DNA of 64,000 nt from Octopus sinensis (lineage: Eukaryota). Positions 50,610-64,000 of this stretch are shown here, in pieces. How positions within the stretch are numbered: position 1 is the stretch's first letter; every line of letters starts with the position of its first letter. The notes below the pieces were generated by a model, which was not told the DNA's origin, ran no database searches, and saw only the letters and a program-made list of their open reading frames with translations. The position numbers were made by a program, and so were the translations under genes. Location of the stretch: positions 35,836,001-35,900,000 of the forward strand of contig NC_043006.1 in assembly GCF_006345805.1 (NCBI RefSeq), written 5' to 3'.

Positions 50610-50994
50610 GCCCAAATGATGTTGGCATCACCTTTAAGGTACATCCAAGGCTTGGGCCCCGTGCCATCCGCCCAAAACAAAAATCGCACTCTCATCTCAT
50701 AACAACAATACGGCACAATTATTTCACCTCAATTGGCCCCGCTCTCTTTAACATTACACCAAAACACATTAAAACAGAAACTGACCCTATAGGGTTCAAG
50801 AAGTCTTTGGACAGATTCCTTCAAGAAATCCCGGATAAACCCCCTACACCCGGATATGTCTCTGTAAACAATAACTCTCTACTTGAGTGGGCCATAGTGC
50901 CCAAATTCTGACTTGAAAGACTTCACCAGGTGGTGCTATTAAGTTAGACATGGCCTGGGCCAATAATGGCCGAAACCTATCAAAGTATCAAAGT

Positions 50995-50998
<4 letters not shown>
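50610..50998 (+). mobile_element. CR1-like LINE 3' end, copy 2
   Basis: Duplicate of 49449-49835. Confidence 0.85.
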
Positions 50999-51046
<48 letters not shown>

Positions 51047-51059
51047 TTATATATGTATA

Positions 51060-51091
<32 letters not shown>

Positions 51092-51097
51092 GTTTTA

Positions 51098-51150
<53 letters not shown>

Positions 51151-51323
51151 GTTTTATATATATATAATATATATATATATATGTTTTATATATATATAAT
51201 ATATATATATATATGTTTTATATATATATATATATGTTTTTATATAAATATATGTTTTTATATAAATATATGTTTTATATATATATAATATATATATATA
51301 TACATATGTTTATATATAAATAT

Positions 51324-51389
<66 letters not shown>

Positions 51390-51449
51390 GTTTATATATA
51401 AATATATGTTTTATATATAAATATATGTTTTATATATATATATATGTTT

Positions 51450-51480
<31 letters not shown>

Positions 51481-52689
51481 TATATATAGGTGCATATAAA
51501 TATATTATATACGTATATCTTTATGCACATGCACCTACACATGTCCAGAGATATATATACACATATAAATATACATATAGATATATGTACATACATACCC
51601 ACGCTCACACATACGTATAAACATATACGTATGTGTGTGTGTGCGCGCCTGTGTGTAAGTGTGTGTATGTTGAGCAGAAGGACTGAAAAGAATTGAGGAG
51701 AGAAAAAGAAAGGGTGAAAGCCAAAAAGAAACAGAAAGTGAGACAACGAGGAAGAATGTTTGATAGAGAGAGAGAGAGAGAGGGGTGGGGCGGAGAAAAA
51801 AAGATTTAAATGGAAGTGTAAAGTGGGGAGAAAGAAAATGGTAAGAAAATGGGATGAAGAAAATGAGATATACAGCGGAAGAATAAAAGAGAAAGACGTG
51901 GTGGGGAAAAAAGAGGAGTGGTAAGAAGTTGGAATAAGGAGACGAAGGTGGAGCAAGTAAATAGAGAGTTGGTTACATAGGGAGAGAGTGAGAGTTATGT
52001 GTGGGAGAGATATTTAGTGGGGAAGGTTAATTAGGAGAAGAGTAAGTGTTATAGAATGTATGAGTGAGTGATGAGAGGGAGCAATACGAAGAGATGAAGG
52101 AGAAAAGAGAAAGTGAGAGAGATACAGAAAGAGGGAGCATGAGAAAGCTTTTAATAATCTAACTATTTTCTCCCACGCCTTTCACTAGCTTAATTTTTTT
52201 ATTTCTCACCTCAAATTGTGGTGGGTGTGGCTGTTAGGTAAGAAGTTTTCTACTCCAGCCACATGATTTCGGTTTCTGTCCCACCATGGGCAAGTGTCTC
52301 CTGCTATAGCCTCGGACTGACCAAAGCCTTGTGAGGGAATTTGGTCGACAAAGTTGATTCCGCTCCTTACATTTTCCGGGGTTGATCAAGCAAAACAACC
52401 TGTTAAGTACTGGGTTAGATTTGGCTGATTCTGCTTACATCCCTGCCCAACCCCAGACAAAAATACGTCGTCTCTTGTCGACGTTTAAAATCGTTACATT
52501 TTTCAATAACAACGTTATTATTATTATTCGATTTCATTCAGGCTTGATCTTACTCCCCTAATAATTTATGTGGGTAGCGGGTTACTATTTGTAACCTTAG
52601 ATATCCACAAACTTTCAATAATCTTTCAAGTGTTGAAAGGTCCTTCTTAAATTCTTCTTATTTCCTCAGAGAATATTATTTTTATTATC

Positions 52690-53090
52690 ATTAAGGCGGC
52701 GAGCTTGTTAGCACGCCGGGCGAAATGCTTAGCGGTCAATGTAACCGACTGCCCCCCTTCCCAAAACATCAAGCCTTGTACCTATATTAGAAATGATTTT
52801 TATTATTATTATTAGTAGTATTATTATTATTATTGGACGGAAATTGGTAGAGTCTTTAGAACGTCTGATATACTTTTCCTTGATATACTTTTGGTTCCCA
52901 TCCATCTTGCAATAACCAAATTGTACTTCAAAGTTGTGAGTTGGCAGAGTCGTTAGCACACGGGACAAAATGCTTAGCGGCATTTCGTTCGCCTTCACAT
53001 TCTGCGTTCAAATTCCTCCGAGATCGACTTTGCCTTTCATCTTAACGGGGTCGATGAAATAAGTACCAGTTGTGCTCTGGAGTCGATGCA
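52690..53090 (+). mobile_element. SINE family A head fragment plus near-complete copy
   Basis: GGCGGCGAGCTTGTTAGCACGCCGGGCGAAATGC at 52695; complete core at 52925-53090. Confidence 0.8.
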
Positions 53091-53415
53091 CAAACCCTTA
53101 AAACCACAGACCCATTCTGGAGTTTTTCCTCATTATGGGTGCAGAAAGTTAAACTAGGAAACTGCACAACGTAGGGCAGAAATCCCAGCTCTGTTTTTAA
53201 AATGACACCAAAATCCATTTGAGGACTTTCTACCCCGACGAGTTAAAAAGAAAAACGAAAGGAATAAGGCCAAAGCCAGGTTTTTGAAACTAGTCTTTTA
53301 ATAATAGCGCTGGTCAAAGTTTCGGAACTGATAGCGCTGTCACCTCGTCTTTGTCTTAGGAGCAACACTAACAAACTACAGTCCCCACAGCAATAGCGAG
53401 CAACAGCAAAAGTAA

Positions 53416-53605
53416 TGGAGGCGCAATGGCCCAGTGGTTAGAGCAGCGGAATCGCGGTCGTAAGAACGCGGTTTCGATTCCCAGACCGGGCATTGTGAGT
53501 GTTTATTGAGCAAAAACACTTAAGTTCCTCGAGGCTCCGGCGTGAGGTAGTGGTGAATCCCGCTGTACTCTGTCACCACAAGTTTCTCTCACTCTTTCTT
53601 CCTAC
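53416..53605 (+). mobile_element. tRNA-derived SINE family C
   Basis: Same head as 30457. Confidence 0.85.
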
Positions 53606-54119
53606 TTCTGCCACAAAGCAGAGGAACCATGGTTTAACCCACTATGGTGTGGTAAACTTTCAGACCCTAGTCTAGATTGCTAGGATGATTCAGCTCTCCA
53701 CCCGTTCGAAGACACCGTCTATCGCGTGTGGTGGGTGGATCTTCAAGTTGCCACACGCATTCTTAGTAGCTTAGAGTAGGCTCGAATTAGAGATTATTAT
53801 TTGTGACTAATGGCGTGAATCCTGATAAGAAGAAGAAGGAGACAGCAACAGTATTCCATTGCTTTATGACGAAGAGGAATTGATGGGAACATGAAAATAA
53901 ACTACCTCCATACCGGTGAGGCTGTGTGGTATTCCCAACCACATGGTTCTGGGTTCAGTCCCACTGCATGGCATCTTGAGCAAGTGTCTTTTATTTTAGG
54001 TTTGAATCAATTAAAGCTTTGTGAGTGGATATGGTATACAGAAGTTGAAAGAACATCATAGTATATATATATATATATATATATATGTAGTTCAAATTTA
54101 TTGAATAGCAAAATACGAA

Positions 54120-54230
54120 GACAGGTATAGAAACAACAAGCAAATGTTTTACTTTCACGCACAGGAAAGTGAGAAAGTATTTTACGTTTACGTTTCCAGC
54201 CTACGCTCTTCAATAGAAAGGAATAAGAAA
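54120..54230 (-). mobile_element. PLE pseudo-LTR remnant with decayed hammerhead
   Basis: CTTT CTATTGA A GAGC gtag GCTG GAAA CGT A (54186-54220), followed by a tail homologous to 26153-26225. Confidence 0.55.
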
Positions 54231-56149
54231 AAAATAAATAGAGAATGAAAGAAAAAGTGTAGTGTGCAGCGGTCCAACATGGGGAGAGACTTTGTTCATG
54301 GCCGCATTCTAATGACTGAAACAAGTAAAAGGTAGAGGGTAAACTGTCGAAGAAAACTTACCAGGAGGAAAGGAGAAAAAAAGAAGCCCAAAAAAGAGAA
54401 GTAAAGTGTGGAAGGGCACCTGCATCAGAACAGCAATGACACCCTTCTTTAGAACATCAATGATGATGATGACTAAGAACGATGAAATCATAATGCTTTG
54501 AACATCAAACGAAGATCTGTTGGGTAAAAATAATACATTTGTGATGCGACAGTTTTGCAGGGAGTGCGAATGTGGAACACTAAAGAAAAACACTAAGGCT
54601 GGAACATGAAAACACTCAAAGGAGAGGATGTTAGTAAAAATAAAAGGTAATAATGATAAAATAAAACAACCTACACCTGAAGGCATGGGTTGTTTCCTAC
54701 AACAGCCCACAAAGGAATTGTTTACGCTCACCTTGTACTGTGCGTAGCTGCAGTACGAACAATACTGATGAGGGTTCTAAACTCGATTTAGCCAGTGATT
54801 TGTAACTCATTTGTTAGCGAGAACCCTGTTTTTTTTTTTGCTATTGTTTTATTAATTATATTTCGAGTATATTTTGTTTCAATTGTTGTACTGTTAGGTA
54901 TCTTTAATATTATTCTACGCAGCCCAAGCATGGCCACAGCCTCTGGCTGAAATTAATAGTACGATAACAGGATAATTACAGATTTTAACTTACACCTATT
55001 TAATTGTATAACGTTTTTCACCCTTCAGCCTACTTTGCTATAACTTGTTTGTCCCACCCCAACCCCTATCACCACTACACACACACATATAAATGTCTTT
55101 GGAAGAACCTGCTAAACTTTGGATCTTATTGTATCTTTCAAATACCGGTAGCTAATAAACAAAGTATTATTATTATCAGTATTATTAATGTTATTATTAT
55201 TGTTGTTGTTGCTGCTGCTGTGGGTTAAATATTTGAACAACTCACCTTCGGTCTTCTCTCGCACGCCCCATGCATCACAACATTAATAAAGGAAAAGAAA
55301 AAGGAAGTAAGAAACAGCTAACAACTAGTACGCCTACTCACCGCACCCACATCTGACCACCACCTCCATTACCACCACGACCACAAAATCCCACCACGAC
55401 CACAAAATCCCACTGACAATTTGAGATTTTAGTTTGTTTTATAATCGCGTCCAGATCATTACTTCAAACCAAAGAAGCTACACGCTGGGATAAGATGGTC
55501 CGATATACCTTTTAAAATTTCAATGATGCCAGGTAAAGTAGATGATTAAGTTATTTCATTAGACTGTTCTTACCTGTGCACACTCTGACACATAAAATCA
55601 AACATTTAATTCATAACATTTATCTTTTTTTTAATCATTATTCATGTATGAGGATAAATAATCATAGCTTTTGTTCGCTTGTTTTTTTTTTACTCTATTT
55701 TAATTAGTAACTGCATATTTCTTATTTTACACGAAACTTATATCAGATCATCTACAATTTAGATTAATTATTTGTGGGAATTTCGAATATTTAAAACCTG
55801 ATCCTCATTATATATTTAACTTACATTACTCGTGAAATTGTCCATTCAACACATACATACACAAAACGTCTCAATAATTCTTTGCTATTTTGGTGATTCT
55901 CTTTGCATTTACAACTATTTAAGAACTTAATGTTGAAATCTTTCACGGTAACTTCATGATTTCGCGCATGAGTGAAACTCAAATTCTATACATAAACAGT
56001 ACATACTAATGTCCAGCGTGGCAAGGTTAGATTCATTCCGACGTTCGCAATGATGTATAACTCCACGAATGGAGTTCTTTATTGTTTTCCCTTAATGTCG
56101 CAAATGCACTAAATCACAACATTACAAATATGGAACGGTATTGGTTTCA

Positions 56150-56350
56150 AATTTTAGCACAACGCCAGCAATTTAAGAAGGGTAATTCGATTACATCGAC
56201 CTTCAGTAATCAACTGGTAATTATTTTATCAAACCCGAAAAAGATGGAAAGCAAAGTCGACCTCGGTGGAATTTGAACTCGGAACATGAAGAAGGACGAA
56301 ATGCCAATTAGCACTTTGACCGGCATGCTAACGATTCTGTTAGCTCCCTG
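56150..56350 (-). mobile_element. SINE family A
   Basis: Reverse complement of head and core. Confidence 0.8.
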
Positions 56351-57994
56351 CCTTACGATATTTAGTAATGGTGATATTTTCTTGCGTCAACATTCGAAAT
56401 CTCTAATTAATCAGATTAGGAAATATATTTTTACATCAATGAACGTTGCCAGTAGACCCTGAACCTATAACTGTTCAAGCACAAATTATTGTTGAAAATG
56501 TTTCATATGTTTTTTTGTTGTTATTTTTCTTGTTTGATCTTTTCTCTGATATCTTTCTAGCGGCAATCATGGCTCTGTGTCAAAGAAGCTCGCTTTGTAA
56601 TCCCACAATTTCGGGTTCACTTCCATTGCTTAGCAACTCGGTCGGCTGTCTTCTAATGCAGCCCCGAGCCTTGTAAATTTGGCGGACGGAAACTGCGTGG
56701 AAGCCCTCGAATATATTTATGTAGGAGAGGCTTCGTGTTTGCGTTTCTCCCATCCCCGCATCACTTAGCGACCGATGTTAGTTTACATGCACGTAACTTA
56801 ACGCTTCGGGCAAAAGCGATCGATAGAATAAGTATCGGCCTTAAAAAAAGTACTGGGATCGCTTTGTTTGTCTAAACCTTTTGAAGGTTACCCCCCTCCC
56901 CATCAGGGCCGCATCCCAGTGACTGAAACACGACAAAGGTAAACGATATCTGCATAGTGACTCTACCTCTTACAATTAGCTGCTAACCCACCCCCTCAAA
57001 TCATACTTTACATGTCTTGAAAAGGAAGAATGCCTTGGATAATATCGTTCGAAATAAACTGTCAAGAAAGTAGTTATTCTTGATGAAGGGTAACATCAAG
57101 GTTAAGCAAGAACTCCACTTTGATCATACATTTTATCAGGTTCAATTCCTGCCCATTGTAGGTTTCACCCGTCATTATTCGTAAAAGGTAATACCAGACA
57201 AATAAGACTTAGATTTATCATGGGCCGATGTTTTACCCGGTTTCCACGACGAAAGAGTAACCAAGACCTCAAACTTCGCACTTCCACCGGACACGATGCT
57301 GGTCCCTTGCAGGGTTAACTTCCCAAATATTACTAGAACTAACTTACAGTTGAGTGGACTGGAGCAATGTGAAACGAAGTGATTTGCTCAACAACACAAC
57401 ATCCGCCCCGGTCTGAGAATCGAAACCACAATTTTTACGATTGCGAGTGCAACACCGTAACTACTGCGCGCCGCGAGTCTTCATTTGGCAAAGAGTGGAG
57501 ACATAATGGTTGACCATACAAAAAAACAAAGGAATAAATTCTTCAGGTGTACCTGACTCTGGGCTGGTTTCAATTCCCGACTGAAAGAAGTTAACTACGG
57601 TTACTCTGATTTGGATCATGATAAAGACCTGAACATCACACAATCTTATTTACCTCACCCAAAATAGTTTTAGTTTTTAACTTTCATATTCATTTTCGTT
57701 TCAAATTATTGTCTATAAAACAGATCTTTCGACAACATTCTTAGCAGAAGAAGTCTTAATATTTGCTTCAATCGCATTATATTTGTCTTCGTCTTAAAGC
57801 TGATGCGATGTGATATGAGGGAGATCTCGTTGCTATTTTAATAAATAGGACGACCATGTATCAGTTTCCCTTATTGGTATATTACTCTTTAGATCCTCAT
57901 CTCTTACACTGCACAACAATGATGAAAAACTTTTGACTCTCATCGATCCGGTTTCGATCTCAGAAACAATGTTTCACTATTTTAGGGTTTCTAA

Positions 57995-58970
57995 GGTGTC
58001 GAGCTGGCAGAAACGTTAGCACAGCGGGCGAAATGCTTAGCGGTGTTTCGTTTGTCTTTACGTTCTCAGTTCAAATTCCACTGAGATCTTTCATCCTTTC
58101 GGGGTCGATAAATTAAGTACCAGTTGCATACTGGCATCGATCTAATCGACTGGATCCCTCCCCACAAATTTCGAGCCTTGTGCCAAGAGTAGAAAAGAAT
58201 ATTTTAGGGTTTAATTTTTTCTAGCCTTTTGACTGCTATTTCTAACAGATGGGGTGACCATGTATAGGTTACACTCTTCGTTGTGATTTACTTTAGCTGA
58301 ACTCCTACAAATATATTCCTAGGTTCGAGTCTCATCAGCTGTTCGACATTGCCTTTCATCATTTGGGGTCAATAAAATAAGTACCAGTTAAAAACTGGTG
58401 TCGATGTAATCGATTAGTAAGCCCAACCCCACCCCCAAAGTTTTTAGTCCCTGCACCTATACTAGAAAAGAATATCATAAACGGGGAAGGGGAGATCAAC
58501 GTCATGTTTATATTTGTTGTCTGTTGAAGGCAACGACCTGCGACAATTGTTAGCACACCGTATGAAATGCTTAACGAAATTTCGTTCGTCTTTACGTTCT
58601 GGTTTCAAATGCCACCGAAGTCGACTTCGCGTTTCATGCTTTCGGGGTCGATAGATTAAGTACCAGTTGAACACTGGGGGATGTCATCGATTAGGTCCCC
58701 ACAAAAAAAAATTCTGTCCCAGTGCCTATGGCAGGAAAGAATATTATAAGCGGGGCGGTGAGATCAACGTCACATATATATTTGTCGGATGAAATGCTTA
58801 GCGGCTTTTTGCTCAAATGCCTCCGTTCCACTGCCGTCCAAATGCCCCTGCATCTACCTTTCATCCTTTTGGGGGTCGATAAAATAAGTACTAGTTGTGT
58901 ACTGGGATCGATGGAATCGATTAGTCCCAACTCCCACAAAACTTCAAATTTTGAGCCTTTAGTAGAAACT
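57995..58970 (+). mobile_element. Cluster of four same-orientation SINE family A copies
   Basis: Cores near 58090, 58350, 58630 and 58860. Confidence 0.85.
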
Positions 58971-59139
58971 GTCATTTCACTTCTGCTTAAAATCTCTTTT
59001 CGTGTCTAACAAAAAATACGGTTCAAACTCCACAGACGATTCTCATTAATCTTCATACAACGATTCTATTTATTCGGGGATTTTCAGGTGGCGTCAACAT
59101 AAAATAATGTCCCTCGGAAACATGATTTTCTTCAGGTTC

Positions 59140-59270
59140 TACAATTGAAATAGAATGTTCCTATCGCTCATGACAACAGATTTTCCGATATCTTCTGGTA
59201 ATAATTGCTTGATGTATATAACATGAGGCCTTCCACGAAATCTTTTGTTGTGAGTATAGGCTCCCATTGT
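59140..59270 (-). mobile_element. RTE-type LINE 3' remnant
   Basis: THNKRFRGRPHVIYIKQLLPEDIG..VMSDR matches the H.KR.RGRP..TY..QL.ED.G...M.DR pattern. Confidence 0.55.
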
Positions 59271-59457
59271 AACATCTGATGTACTTTTCTTTATACTGGT
59301 TTCGGTTACTAAACTGCGACCAAGCTGAGGCACCGAACGAATCGGTCCCAGTGCTTATTCTATCGGTCTCTTTTGCCGAACCGCGAGTTATTGGATGTGA
59401 ACAAACTAGCATCAGTTTTCAAACTTTGGAGGGCAGACAAACGCAACATACGCATGC

Positions 59458-59493
<36 letters not shown>

Positions 59494-60168
59494 CACTGGT
59501 GCTATGGTGAATATTTTTCTACTGTCGGTGCTCCAGCATGGCCACAACCTATGGGCTGAAACAAGAGAATAAAAGAATGTCTACATGATTTCACTTAATA
59601 ACCATTTGTTTCGAGTTAGGCGAGTTCAGAGCGTAATATTAATTACGTGTGTGATGTTTGTGGAACGAAATTTACTTTCAACACTGTTCGGAAAATGACG
59701 GCACAATATATTTTGTTAGACATTACCGCAAAGATCTGTTCCTCCTAGGTTGACCCACTATAGTAATGAAACAAACATTTCACCCTGTTGGTATCGCTAA
59801 TAATATTTCTACTGCCATTCAATCAATATTTGTCGTTTCATAGGCCTTTCCATCCCTATTTTGTTTGTGTGTCAGTAAATTAATTTTTAAATATCTAATA
59901 CCAATTATTAATAACTTTACAAGTTTGTGAACTATTCCTTAAGATTTGTTTTTGATTTTCATATTTTAACGATTCAGTTTGTATGACCTTCGACCCTTAT
60001 CTTACTTAAAGCCAATGAAATGGTCGTCAATGTTTACATATCTTAGAAATCAAGCTCAAAGACATTGTTCCGGTCACCACAATACAGGAATTGACGATCT
60101 TTTGGCTTCTCAAGTGCATTTGGTACTATAAGCTTTTCTGGTATTAATGGACTGGTTTTGTATTTCAG

Positions 60169-60452
60169 GTTAAACATTGGAGCTGTACACTTTAAAGAAA
60201 GGTATAAGTGTATCTCTTGTGTGATCCGGGTTAATTAACATGATCCGATACTCAAGGATGTCTATTCTCCCCGCTTGTAGTATTGGTAGTATAGTATTGA
60301 CACTATCTAGTATGTGCTAGAACACTTGAGCGTTTTTCTCTTTTTTTTATTGTGCTAGAATCTGGATACAAAGATGTGGCATTCGCCTATGCGGAATACG
60401 TAACGGTATCGTGCTAGTGAATGCTGGACAGAATTTGACGGACATTCTATGA
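60169..60452 (+). CDS. Candidate last two coding exons (60169-60201 and 60359-60452): xLNIGAVHFKERIWIQRCGIRLCGIRNGIVLVNAGQNLTDIL*
   Basis: Acceptors TTTTGTATTTCAG and TTTTTCTCTTTTTTTTATTGTGCTAG; donor AAG/GTATAA; 157-bp GT-AG intron. The only open frame of exon 1 splices in frame into exon 2. No homology recognised. Confidence 0.3.
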
Positions 60453-62609
60453 GCAAAGATTAAACCGAAAATAAATTGACCGCTTGCGTCTAGACAACAG
60501 GACAAACTGTTAACAGTATTGCATACTTATAATGGGCTAATTGCGTGGTTCAATTTGGGGTCGAGCATTTTGGATTTGGCCCTGACTCTCAAATATCAAT
60601 GTTAGCTGGTGCAATGAATTGGTTGAAATCGCGATAGTTGTAGCCATGTTGTATATCATTCCTGTGGTACATTGCCGTCTGGCAGCCTTGCTTTCTTTTA
60701 AGAAAATTGAGATAATTGAAACGTTTTATATTTCAATGTACGACTCAGTAAGTCCGAAACTGAAACCACATGACACAGTCATACCTGCGCCTAGTTTAAC
60801 ATTTTATTTCAAAAATCAATTTCTTCTCAATTTTTGCTCATGTGAAATGTTGAAACGAATCTAAATCTCGCATATCTCTGTGCAAATGACTGGATTGTAT
60901 ATTACTATTGTGCTTGGCATATATAATAATGAATGATTAAGTGGATATTGCTTTCGGCTTCAGTTTTATTGCGTGACAATTTTTGGTAAATGTCCTCTAT
61001 AGCCCCGAGCTGACCAAAATCTTTTGATTGAAGTTCGCTATACAGAAACTACGTAGAAGCTCAGCAAAACGGTTGACATACTCTGTTTAATACCACCTAA
61101 CCATTTCTTTTTGCTTTCTATCGAAAGCCTCCGGTTTGAGGATAACTTCTTTCAGTCGTTTCCATCGACTCATAGAGCTGCATTTACTCTTTTAATTCTT
61201 TAAAACAAATGTCATGTGGTATTTACTTACACGCCATTTACATTCTAACTTCAAATTTCGCTTCAATTGTCTTCACTGGTTGACTCCTTTTATAATGGTG
61301 ATGCCTGACTCTGAAACACTCAGATCAGCTATGATCAAAAGGACTCCCGAGGCAAAAATACTTCAAAGCTTAATAGGTCTTCATCATTCAATACTTCATA
61401 TTAAGATTTATTAGTCTTTATAAACCAGAAATCCTAGCACTAAACCAGACTCTGTATATAACTACAATTTAGCATTGCTAGGACTGCCAGTCCTACAAAC
61501 TAAGTCAAAGACTTAAAAAAAAAGAAAGAATTCCAAGCTATATAATTTGCAATATTTATTCAGCCTCTAAACGTTCTGTGAAAAAGCGTAGACTATTAAA
61601 TTGCTGGGTTTATGGCAGTAATGTTGTGGGTTCCATTTCGGTGTATCCTAAGCTGAGACAATTCTTTTCACGTTGACAGGGCCCATTCAGATGTAAAGGT
61701 GTTTGTCACAGATTGTCGTCTTGCAAGACCTTTGGCCTAAAATCTTGCCAATACAAGATGTCGACAGCCCTCGATGACGGCGGCATACCGTGCAAGGGTT
61801 GAATTTTTTTCTGTAACCGAAATCAAAATGAGGACAGTGATATACTTTGAGTAAATTCAGTCAATTTTTTTTTTTGTCGTCGTATAATATGTAACCATGT
61901 ACCAGTAGCGGCCATGATTGAGCAAACCTTTAATCAAAGACATATTAACCCTGATTATCCCGTTGTTTTTATTCCAAACACTATACAACTAGGACACAAT
62001 ATCTAAAAAGAGTCGTCTTCTTAGACAGTAGGGAATGAATTGGGAGAGATTTTCCAGTTCTTTCACGCATTTGAAGTGATCTCCCAGACACATCCTGCTT
62101 GGTTATAAAAAGATCAATAAAGTAGGTACCAGCTACGTACTGGGGGAAGATAGATTTTTGGTAATTCCTTCGGAGGAACCCCATTTCGACCTCTTGTATT
62201 CACAATCGTATTCTTTGGGTCATTACCTAGCATTTTCTTAGTGCCGATATCAGTAGTGCTATGATACTTATGCTTTTGTAAGTTCAAATTTTGTAACAAT
62301 TTTATTTGATTTTCTTTGAAGGTTCTGATATCGAAACGTAAGAAATAAGATGAATTTTGAGGTACGTAACGTTTATTTTTTTTTTCCCGTCATTTTAAAT
62401 TTCCAGTGGTTAACTCCATTAGTTCGTTTCAACAGCTTGCTGAAGTTGATCAAATTACATCGACAGCTGGAAACTTTAAGCCATGTATAGCTGAGTTAAA
62501 TTATATAAAATAGGTAGGGTAAAATTCAAGCTGTCCTCTTGGGGCGTATTCGCATTCCAGTATTACAATACAATATGTAGTTTGTGAAATACGCATTAGT
62601 TAACATTTC

Positions 62610-63420
62610 TGAAAATATTCTTTTTTACTCTAGGCACAAGACTCGAAATTTTGGGGTAGGAGGCCAGTCAGTTAGATCGACTCCAGTACGCAACTGGCAT
62701 TTAATTTTTCGACCCCGAAAGGCTGAAAGGCACAGTCGACCTCAGCGGAATTTGAACTCGGAACGTAATGACGGAGTTGGAAGAAATATTTTTAGTATTA
62801 TGTATTCACCACTAAGGCGGCGAACTGGCAGAATCGTTAGCACGCTAGTCGAAATTTTTAGCGGTATTTTGTCTACCGCTACGTTCTGAGTTCAAATTCC
62901 GCCGAGGTCTACTTAACCTTTCATCCTTTCGGGGTCGATTAAATAAGTACCAGTTACGCACTGGGGTCGATGTAATCGACTTAATCCCTTTGCCTGTCCT
63001 TATTTGTCCCCTCTATGTTTAGCCTCTTGTGGGCAATGAAGAAATAAGAAATGTTAGCACGCCGGGCGAAATTCTTTGCGGTATTTCGTCTGCCGTCACG
63101 TTCTGAGTTCAAATTCCGCCGAGGTCGACTTTGCCCTTTATCCTTTCGGGGTCAATTAAATAAGTACCAGTTACGTACTGGGGTCGATATAATCGACTTA
63201 ATCCGTTTGTCTGTCCTTGTTCGTCCCCTCTGTGTGTAGCCCCTTGTGGGTAATAAATAAACAGGTATTTCGTCTGCCGTTACGTTCTGAGTTCAAATTC
63301 CGCCGAGGTCGACTTTGCCTTTCATCCTTTCGGAGTCGATTAAATCAGTACTAATTGTGTACGGGTGTCGATTAATTGACTGGCGCCCTCCCCTCAAAGT
63401 TCAAACTTTGTACCAATAGT
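62610..63420. mobile_element. SINE family A cluster: one minus copy (62610-62770) and three head-to-tail plus copies (62815-63420)
   Basis: Repeated GTTCTGAGTTCAAATTCCGCCGAGGTC...TCCTTTCGGGGTC cores near 62885, 63100 and 63285. Confidence 0.9.
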
Positions 63421-64000
63421 AGAAAAAATTGTTTATTCACCATCGTGTCTAAAAAGACACAAGCGGTCACGTGATTTGCTTGTGTCTTTTTATCTTGACT
63501 TGGCTTTGGGCAGGGTGTTTCTTATTTTTTAACAGAGGGAGTAATACGAAAGAGAATTATGTGCAGTGTAGGCAGAGGAGAAAGGTGATTGTACATGGAA
63601 GGGGAATGGAGAAAGGCCAGAAAAAATGTATGTTTGTAGACTGTGTGTTATCCGTCTGTCTCTTTCTCTGTCTTTTTGCTTTTGTTTGTTTGAAATTGCT
63701 ACTAGATCTTCGTGAAGTCAGACACCAATCAGCATCTAAAAAGAATAATGAAGAGTACTTGCAGCATCAAATGGGTACTCAAAGATGTAATTTTCTTTTA
63801 TATTATTATAACAGTCGGTGTCACTTCTTTTAGCTGTTTGGCTCTTATATATTATGTACCGTCTTCAAAGACAAGTTTCGTGTAATATATATTTGGGGCG
63901 AATGATTACTCGCCTCTCGCTAAACAATAATGTCTTTTGCTTATAATCGCATCCCACAACTCTCTTTGCATTAGTATCGTCAACGTGATGGATTATCTCT

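Larger units (their letters stand above)
49241..51568. repeat. ~1.16-kb tandem duplication (TA-rich units, each holding a CR1-like 3' end)
   Basis: 49241-50392 is repeated at 50406-51568; the non-microsatellite cores appear identical. Confidence 0.9.

Noticed and set aside
54765-54798. CTGATGA GGGTT cta AACTC GATTTAGCC
   Set aside because: The 5' core and stem II fit, but GAAA, stem III and stem I do not. At best an unrecoverable remnant.
57547-57665. Acceptor followed by TGT-ACC-TGA (C-T-U, like the deiodinase selenocysteine motif) and an open frame LWAGFNSRLKEVNYGY
   Set aside because: The downstream residues do not match deiodinase (UP.F), no donor or SECIS is evident, and all three frames contain stops.
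62815-63420. CRISPR-like repeat array
   Set aside because: The repeats are 150-230 bp SINE copies without unique constant-length spacers, and there are no cas genes; the context is eukaryotic.

Overview
AT-rich, repeat-saturated eukaryotic DNA. The SINE families and (TA)n/(CA)n/(TATG)n/(AAT)n/(GAA)n microsatellites are of the kind I recognise from octopus (coleoid cephalopod) genomes; this assignment is by recognition, not by search. No host gene can be named, and nearly all ORFs in the supplied track are microsatellite read-throughs or antisense frames of decayed transposons. Supportable content: many tRNA-derived SINEs (at least four families); CR1-like and RTE-like LINE 3' ends; two Tc1/mariner remnants; an Academ-like transposase remnant; MITE/foldback elements; and five Penelope-like element (PLE) ORF remnants, all on the minus strand. 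The most notable layer is invisible to the ORF track: about a dozen minimal type I hammerhead ribozyme (HHR) motifs in PLE pseudo-LTRs and non-autonomous derivatives. These include a U3-A8 compensatory-core HHR, a recurrent U4C core in three unrelated families, a tandem HHR pair 368 nt apart (retrozyme-like) and a tRNA-head + (AAT)n + HHR element. There is also a 1411-bp ORF1-only retroposon with a 15-bp target-site duplication. A few weak plus-strand exon candidates suggest the window may be intronic. All calls were made by eye; element boundaries are approximate unless a TSD or TIR is cited.
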